Below, piece by piece: positions 58,472-64,000 of a stretch of 64,000 nt of DNA. Origin of the DNA: Thermodesulfobacteriota bacterium (GTDB taxonomy: Bacteria > Desulfobacterota_D > UBA1144). Positions within the stretch are counted from its first letter, which is position 1, and the number at the start of each line of letters is the position of its first letter. Under the pieces are notes generated by a model that was given only the letters and a program-made list of their open reading frames with translations, did not search any database and was not told the origin of the DNA. A program made the translations under genes and the position numbers. The stretch covers positions 37,980 to 101,979 of the forward strand of contig JAYYZJ010000005.1 in NCBI GenBank assembly GCA_036340075.1. The letters are read 5' to 3'.

Positions 58472-58771
58472 ATGGAGCATATACTTAATTGTTTTGAAAA
58501 ATATGCTGTTTTTGAAGGCAGAGCAAGAAGAAAAGAATACTGGTATTTTTTTCTATTTCTTTTAATTGTACATTTTTTAACTTTAAGGTTGCCGGCTATC
58601 AATGCAATTTGCTCTCTTATTACTTTAGTTCCAAGCATTGCTGTTGCTTGTCGTAGGATGCATGATGTGGGAAAAAGTGGATGGTTTCAATTAATTCCTT
58701 TTTATAATCTTTATCTTTTCTGTTGTGATTCTGAACCATCAGCTAATAAATATGGACCGCAAGTAAAATAA
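58472..58771 (+). CDS. DUF805 family inner-membrane protein
   Basis: RARRKEYWYF...CRRMHDVGKSGWFQLIP motifs typical of DUF805 (YhaH-like). Confidence 0.65.
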   Translation: MEHILNCFEKYAVFEGRARRKEYWYFFLFLLIVHFLTLRLPAINAICSLITLVPSIAVACRRMHDVGKSGWFQLIPFYNLYLFCCDSEPSANKYGPQVK

Positions 58772-58816
58772 CTAAATTTCTCTTTAAAAATTAACTCTTA
58801 GAGGTAAAGTTAATGA

Positions 58817-59116
58817 ATGAAGATAAAAAACCAAGCTTTTTTTGTTGAAATAGAAAACAAATACACTCATCAGTTTTACAAAGGATTTTTAATTGATGCA
58901 GAAGATAGAGACTCTGTCACCCAGACGGTAATATCGGTTTGCAATATAGATCCACTTTCATTTGATATAAAAATATCGGAAATATCTAATGAAAAAGCTA
59001 ATAGCTTCTTTGAAGACAAGCTTCCAAATGGTGATCCTAAATATAAAGTAATTGATGAACAAGTGGGAATATTTGAGATGGTGTATAGCTCTATTGGTAA
59101 TCCTTACGAAGACTAG
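58817..59116 (+). CDS. hypothetical protein
   Basis: 99-aa acidic ORF with no recognisable motif. Confidence 0.35.
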   Translation: MKIKNQAFFVEIENKYTHQFYKGFLIDAEDRDSVTQTVISVCNIDPLSFDIKISEISNEKANSFFEDKLPNGDPKYKVIDEQVGIFEMVYSSIGNPYED

Positions 59117-59121
59117 AAAGA

Positions 59122-59271
59122 TTAAAGTTTATTTCTCTTTTTCTTATAACCTTGTCTGACCTTAAATTTAGGTTCACTTTTACAAATAACATAAATCCTA
59201 CCGCGTCTCTTTACAACCTGGCAGTCTGGATGTCTTTTCTTCATTGTTCCAATTGAGCTAACTACTTTCAT
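59122..59271 (-). CDS. rpmJ: 50S ribosomal protein L36, zinc-ligand-lacking (YkgO/RpmJ2-like) form
   Basis: An internal Met gives [49 protein letters not shown]. This matches the E. coli YkgO pattern (..[35 protein letters not shown]). The first Cys and the His of the Zn ribbon are replaced. Confidence 0.75.
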   Translation of the reverse strand: MKVVSSIGTMKKRHPDCQVVKRRGRIYVICKSEPKFKVRQGYKKKRNKL

Positions 59272-59347
59272 AGAGACATTATTTAAACCTAATAAATATT
59301 TGATGTCAATATATATCAATTTTGATTAATTTATATCTAGTAAAACT

Positions 59348-61297
59348 CTATATGCTCTCAATTCTATAACCAGAATTCGGCAACAATGTTAATAAAACGT
59401 TATGGAACCTTTTTAATCCTTCTCTGTGACCAACACTTATATACCTAATACTATTGTTGTTTAAAATTTCATAAACCTTGTTTTCATTTTCTGTATCTAA
59501 AGCACTAGTTCCTTCGTCGAGGATAACAAGGCTAGGCTTATTTAGAATAATTCTGGCAAATGCCAGTCTTTGTTGTTCTCCTACAGATAAGACCCTCGAC
59601 CAATCCTTCGTATCATCAAGGCCATGTTCTTGAATGATTCTGTTCATGGAAACTAAATTTATTGCATTCCTTATATCTTCATCAGAAAACTGATTTGAGG
59701 ATCCAGGATAACAGACCTGATCCCTTAATGTTCCTAGTAACATATATGGTTTTTGTGGTAAAAACATTGTGTCTGTTATTTTAGGTTTGTAGACATCACC
59801 TTTTCCTCTAGTCCATAGTCCAGCTATAGATCTTAATAGTGAGCTTTTTCCTACTCCACTTTCGCCTACTATCATTAAATTAGTGTTAGAATCAAGATCC
59901 AGATTAAGATCTTTAACTAATTGTTTTTCTCCGTTAGGAGTGACAAGATTAAGATTAACTATTTTTAATTTATCAGATTCATTATAGTTGATTTGATTGT
60001 AACTATTTTCATTTTTTGATATTGAATTAAGCATTAAGTCAAAGTTGCCAAGCCTAAATACACTAGCAGAAAATTGTGAAATTCTTTCAATTTGGCTAAC
60101 GACAATAGATAAGGCTCCAAAAACTTGATAGAATGCAACAAATGCCTGCGTGATTGTTCCAAAGTCTATTTCTTCTAAAAAATATAAAGGTGCAACTAAT
60201 ATGTAGACTGGGAAACGCATTAAATTCTGATAAGAGAATTGGAACAAATCTACAATTGATTGCCAGATAATCCATAAATCAAAATTTTTCAGTGCCTTAA
60301 ATAATTTGTTTACAACATTTGTTACTTCTTTTTCTTCTCCTTTGTAGAAAGCAATAGATTCAGAATTGTCTCTAACATGAACCATGCTGTATCGGAAATC
60401 TGCTTCGAGTTTTAGTTGATTGTAGTGAATTTTAATCATTTTCTTTCCTGTATATATAGCAATCAAAGTTCCAAGGAAGACATATGCTATTAATCCAATA
60501 GTTAAGGTTTTAGAGATACTCCACAAGATTGCACTAAAAGCAAAAACAGTGAGGATAGCATAAAGAGTGTCTATCAAAAAATCTAATGTAACAGTTGTAA
60601 AATTTCTAATATCTTCGGATATTCTCTGATCTGGATTATCTATATCGGAATCTTCAGTATTTGAATCTAATAAATAAAAAGCCCTATTATGAAAATATCT
60701 TTCAAGAAAATTGTTCGTAAGCCATTCCCTCCAATATCTTGCAAGCTTAAGCCTAGTAAATCTGTATGAAGCTACAATTGGTAATGCAATTAATACTATC
60801 CATCCATAGACCCATAAGAACTCCCAAAAAGCTTTATCATTTCTTAAATTTAAAGATGTATCTAAAAATCTAAAAATATAACTAAGTCCAACATTTAAAC
60901 CTGTTACACAAAAAAGTAGAAACAGAATAACTATGAGAAGAATCCAAGGAAATTTTCTTGGCTTCAAATGTTCTTTATTGATTATCAAAAAAAACAGGAA
61001 TAGAAGTATTAAAGCTAAAGAAAGCACTGGTAAATATCCTGAGCTTAGATTATCGACAAATACTTTAAAATTTGGAGCAACCTCTAATAAAAAAGTTGGA
61101 TATAGAATTTCAATTAAAAAACCTATTGCTATAATTGAGAAATGACTTACTGATATAACAAAGACTATAGACAATAGAAGCATTATTAAGAGCTTCCAGC
61201 CCGACTTTGATCCTTCCAATGGAAAAAAATATGGCTGAGCAGTATTTACAAATCTATGTAAAAGCTCTTTGTTGAAATTGAAAGATTTATCTGACAT
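59348..61297 (-). CDS. ABCD/SbmA-BacA-like fused permease-ATPase ABC transporter
   Basis: An N-terminal 6-TM domain with a YWREWLT...YLLD motif and a C-terminal ABC ATPase (GESGVGKSS, LSVGEQQRLAFARI). Confidence 0.7.
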   Translation of the reverse strand: MSDKSFNFNKELLHRFVNTAQPYFFPLEGSKSGWKLLIMLLLSIVFVISVSHFSIIAIGFLIEILYPTFLLEVAPNFKVFVDNLSSGYLPVLSLALILLFLFFLIINKEHLKPRKFPWILLIVILFLLFCVTGLNVGLSYIFRFLDTSLNLRNDKAFWEFLWVYGWIVLIALPIVASYRFTRLKLARYWREWLTNNFLERYFHNRAFYLLDSNTEDSDIDNPDQRISEDIRNFTTVTLDFLIDTLYAILTVFAFSAILWSISKTLTIGLIAYVFLGTLIAIYTGKKMIKIHYNQLKLEADFRYSMVHVRDNSESIAFYKGEEKEVTNVVNKLFKALKNFDLWIIWQSIVDLFQFSYQNLMRFPVYILVAPLYFLEEIDFGTITQAFVAFYQVFGALSIVVSQIERISQFSASVFRLGNFDLMLNSISKNENSYNQINYNESDKLKIVNLNLVTPNGEKQLVKDLNLDLDSNTNLMIVGESGVGKSSLLRSIAGLWTRGKGDVYKPKITDTMFLPQKPYMLLGTLRDQVCYPGSSNQFSDEDIRNAINLVSMNRIIQEHGLDDTKDWSRVLSVGEQQRLAFARIILNKPSLVILDEGTSALDTENENKVYEILNNNSIRYISVGHREGLKRFHNVLLTLLPNSGYRIESI

Positions 61298-61319
61298 TAA
61301 ATTTCTACTAATTTACAAT

Positions 61320-62162
61320 TTAGGAAAAACTTAACATATTTTTTTCCTTTCTGTACTTTTTCCCGGTTCCATTCAATATTAGAAGAATCAATAATGAAAT
61401 TAACATAATCGGCAATGTTAGGAGTTGCCCCATATTGAAATAACTAAGCTGAATATCAGTTTGTGTCTCTTTAAGGAACTCTAGAAGAAATCTTGCCAAG
61501 GATACTGAGAATACGCTTAAAACCATTAATCTTCCCGGGACTGACTCAATTCTTATAGAGAAAAATCTAAGTATTAGATAAATAAAAACGTATGATACTG
61601 CTTCATAAAATTGAACAGGATGTCTAGAAACAGCATCAATAAGAGGAAAAATAACACATAAGCCTTTAGAACACACTTTCCCTAAAATTTCTGAGTTAAA
61701 TAAGTTTCCTACTCTGATTAACGAAATCAAAACAATAGAATAATAAAAAACTGCATCAAGTAATTTTAGAGAAATATTAAATTTAATTTTCTTTCTATAA
61801 AAAATAAAATAACAAAAAAGAAACCCTACAAATCCTCCGTGACTTGATAGTCCCTGATATCCTGTGAATTCAAATGGACTAAATCTGATTGGCAGTAAGA
61901 TTTCTAGTAAATTATTAGAATAGTATGAAAATTCATAAAAGAGACAATGAAATACTCTTGAAAATAAAAGCATACAAAGAATACAAGGTATCAATATTTC
62001 ATCAACTTTTTTAGGTGTTAAGTAGCTAGAAGCCTTTAAAGTTGTTTTTATGTATACAAAAATTACTCCGATAGCAAAAAACAATGAATAGTATCTAATA
62101 GAAATAAAATCAGAAGAGAAAATATACGGAGAATAGTTCCACAATATAGTTATATCGAACAT
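61320..62162 (-). CDS. lgt: prolipoprotein diacylglyceryl transferase
   Basis: A polytopic membrane protein with an Lgt-like LSSHGGFVGF signature. Confidence 0.65.
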   Translation of the reverse strand: MFDITILWNYSPYIFSSDFISIRYYSLFFAIGVIFVYIKTTLKASSYLTPKKVDEILIPCILCMLLFSRVFHCLFYEFSYYSNNLLEILLPIRFSPFEFTGYQGLSSHGGFVGFLFCYFIFYRKKIKFNISLKLLDAVFYYSIVLISLIRVGNLFNSEILGKVCSKGLCVIFPLIDAVSRHPVQFYEAVSYVFIYLILRFFSIRIESVPGRLMVLSVFSVSLARFLLEFLKETQTDIQLSYFNMGQLLTLPIMLISLLILLILNGTGKKYRKEKNMLSFS

Positions 62163-62164
62163 AC

Positions 62165-62659
62165 TTATAGATTCTCTTTAAGTTCAATCTCAAATCTTTT
62201 TTCTTGTAACGCTTGTCTCTTTCTAATCTCGGCTCCAATCTGCTGATTCTTTTTTTCTTTTAGTGTTTCAGTAATCAGCTCTGGTATTACTATAGGTTTT
62301 CCTTTTTCGTTAATCCCAACAAAAACAAAGTACGCTCTTGCGCATATTACTTTCTCATCATCATATTGTTCTTTAGTAACTTTCGTTTTAACAATTAATG
62401 AAGTTCTACCTGTATAAATAACCCTCGAAATAAATTCTATTACATCTCCTCTATTTATTGGGGCAATAAATTGCATATCTTCTATTGAAGCAGTTACTAC
62501 CTTATGTCCACAGAATCTTCTGCCACAAATTCCTCCAACCATATCCATCATTTCAATCAATCTGCCTCCGTACATAGTCCCATAATCATTTGTATCATTA
62601 GGAAAGACAACTATACTGCTTGTTGCTTCAGCAGATTTTTTCTTTATTCTATTGCTCAT
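62165..62659 (-). CDS. acyl-CoA thioesterase (YciA-like hotdog fold)
   Basis: VVFPNDTNDYGTMYGGRLIEMMD signature. Confidence 0.8.
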   Translation of the reverse strand: MSNRIKKKSAEATSSIVVFPNDTNDYGTMYGGRLIEMMDMVGGICGRRFCGHKVVTASIEDMQFIAPINRGDVIEFISRVIYTGRTSLIVKTKVTKEQYDDEKVICARAYFVFVGINEKGKPIVIPELITETLKEKKNQQIGAEIRKRQALQEKRFEIELKENL

Positions 62660-62730
62660 TGTTTATTACATTAAACCTTTTATAAATTTTTTTCGCTTTT
62701 TAATTATTCATTAACAATTATAATATTCAA

Positions 62731-63576
62731 ATGAAAAAATTTAGTTCGACAAATACTTATGTAGCTACACCTGATTTGGAGTTGTCAGTAAATGCTTCTA
62801 TAAGCTTAGAAAGACCTCTCCTAGTAAAAGGAGAGCCTGGAACAGGAAAAACACTTCTAGCCGAAGAGATTGCTAAGTCATTAAACGTTGATATTATCAA
62901 ATGGCATATAAAATCTACAACAAAAGCTCAACAAGGATTATATGAATATGATGCTGTTACACGTTTAAGAGATTCTCAATTAGGAGATCCCAGAGTAAAA
63001 GATATTTCAAATTACATCATTAAAGGAAAATTGTGGGAAGCTTTTGAGTCAGACAAGAAAATAGTTTTACTTATTGATGAAATTGACAAAGCAGATATTG
63101 AGTTTCCGAACGACTTATTGCTTGAGCTTGATAAAATGGAATTCCATGTTTACGAAACTAAAGAGAATATTGTTGCTAAAAATAGGCCGATTGTTGTCAT
63201 TACAAGTAATAATGAGAAAGAATTACCTGACGCTTTCTTGAGGAGATGCATATTTCATTACATAAATTTTCCAGAAAGAGAAACAATGGAAAAAATTATC
63301 GAAGTACATTTCCCAAAAATTAAAAAGAAACTGCTTTCAGAAGCGTTGAATATTTTTTTTGATTTAAGGGAAGTTCCAGGATTAAAGAAAAATCCATCAA
63401 CATCAGAATTAATTGATTGGATTAAATTGCTTCTATCTGACGATATCCCAAGAGACTTATTGTTAGAGAGAGATGAGACAAAAGCTATTCCACCTTTACA
63501 TGGCGCACTAATTAAAAACGAACAAGATGTTAATCTTCTTGAGCAATTACGATTTATGATTAGAAGAGAAAAATAA
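62731..63576 (+). CDS. MoxR-like AAA+ ATPase
   Basis: LLVKGEPGTGKTLLAEEIA Walker A and an LIDEIDKA Walker B. Confidence 0.85.
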   Translation: MKKFSSTNTYVATPDLELSVNASISLERPLLVKGEPGTGKTLLAEEIAKSLNVDIIKWHIKSTTKAQQGLYEYDAVTRLRDSQLGDPRVKDISNYIIKGKLWEAFESDKKIVLLIDEIDKADIEFPNDLLLELDKMEFHVYETKENIVAKNRPIVVITSNNEKELPDAFLRRCIFHYINFPERETMEKIIEVHFPKIKKKLLSEALNIFFDLREVPGLKKNPSTSELIDWIKLLLSDDIPRDLLLERDETKAIPPLHGALIKNEQDVNLLEQLRFMIRREK

Positions 63577-64000
63577 TGCTAATTGATTTTTTTTTAAATC
63601 TAAAACGTTCTGGTATCAATTGCTCTCTTAAAGAATTATTAGACCTAATCCATGCACTAGATAAAGAAATCATAAGTATTAGTACAGAAGATTTTTATTA
63701 TTTAAGTAGATCAATGATGGTAAAAGATGAGAAGTATTTTGATAGATTCGATAGAGCTTTTTCAGTTTTTTTTGATGGTATAGATAATGTAAATTTAGAT
63801 TTCTTAAAAAATGAAATTCCTGAAGAATGGCTGAGAAAAGAGTTTGAAAAGACTTTGTCCAAGGAAGAAAGGGATAAAATTAAATCCATTAAAGATCTTG
63901 AAGAGTTAATGAAGAAATTTATGGAAAGATTTAACGAACAAAGGAATAGACACCAAGGAGGAAGCAAATGGATAGGAACAGGTGGTACTTCACCATTTGG
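63576..64000 (+). CDS. VWA-domain CoxE-like protein, N-terminal part (runs off window end)
   Basis: Its ATG overlaps the moxR stop (TAATG). The N-terminus MLIDFFLNLKRSGINCSLKELLDLIHAL...DRFDRAF is typical of CoxE/VWA partners of MoxR. Not in the track because there is no stop in the window. Confidence 0.6.
   Translation, partial: MLIDFFLNLKRSGINCSLKELLDLIHALDKEIISISTEDFYYLSRSMMVKDEKYFDRFDRAFSVFFDGIDNVNLDFLKNEIPEEWLRKEFEKTLSKEERDKIKSIKDLEELMKKFMERFNEQRNRHQGGSKWIGTGGTSPF

Noticed and set aside
58453-58638. 61-aa minus-strand ORF
   Set aside because: It overlaps, antisense, the DUF805 gene, which has clear family motifs.
59272-59347. Possible Zur box upstream of the YkgO-type L36 gene
   Set aside because: The region has AT-rich direct repeats (TCAATATATATCAATTTT) but no convincing inverted repeat of the Zur type.
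63698-63967. 89-aa minus-strand ORF near the window end
   Set aside because: It is antisense to the VWA/CoxE-like gene that is coupled to moxR.

Overview
This 64 kb window is low-GC chromosomal DNA (about 28-30 % GC by eye). It is densely packed with housekeeping genes in long co-directional, tightly coupled operons. I found no rRNA, CRISPR, integrase, transposase or phage genes.

Main blocks, start to end:
- fabD (5' portion) and rpmF, then an orphan duplicated-ATPase ABC protein.
- A translation and RNA operon on the minus strand: miaA, pnp, rpsO, truB, a DHH phosphoesterase, infB, nusA and a short rimP, ending at a clear intrinsic terminator after uvrB.
- A fused cobA/hemD gene and rsmE.
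- A cytochrome c maturation cluster, ccmA-B-C-(small putative ccmD)-E-F, followed by a membrane-anchored monohaem cytochrome c. CcmE carries the variant C-x3-Y haem-binding motif and no ccmH is in the cluster.
- gloA, queD and an M42 peptidase.
- An 11-gene complex I operon: nuoA, a fused nuoB-nuoC, then nuoD and nuoH through nuoN. NuoE, NuoF and NuoG are absent from it.
- gltA, a minimal RNB-domain exoribonuclease, pyrG, rdgB, tmRNA (ssrA) with smpB, and mlaD-F-E. The mla genes are translationally coupled to an uncharacterised secreted W-P-aromatic repeat protein and to alr.
- An MFS transporter, a DsrE-like protein, azurin, htpX, msrA, recG, ugd, a 7Fe ferredoxin, secG, tpiA, an aminotransferase, rpmB, def and an IHF/HU protein.
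- tRNA-Arg(CCU), next to two tandem paralogous secreted MORN-repeat genes. These are flanked by a second copy of the tRNA 5' half plus its upstream region.
- A DUF805 protein, a zinc-ligand-lacking (YkgO-type) ribosomal protein L36, an ABCD/SbmA-like ABC transporter, lgt, a YciA thioesterase, and a MoxR ATPase paired with a partial VWA protein.

The most interesting candidates are:
- the mla operon carrying a novel repeat protein;
- the variant System I ccm cluster with its unusual cytochrome and micro-ORFs;
- the 11-subunit complex I with a NuoB-C fusion;
- the tRNA-associated MORN duplication hot spot.

I found no obviously engineered or canonical defence system. All self-derived coordinates carry about 2 nt of uncertainty.
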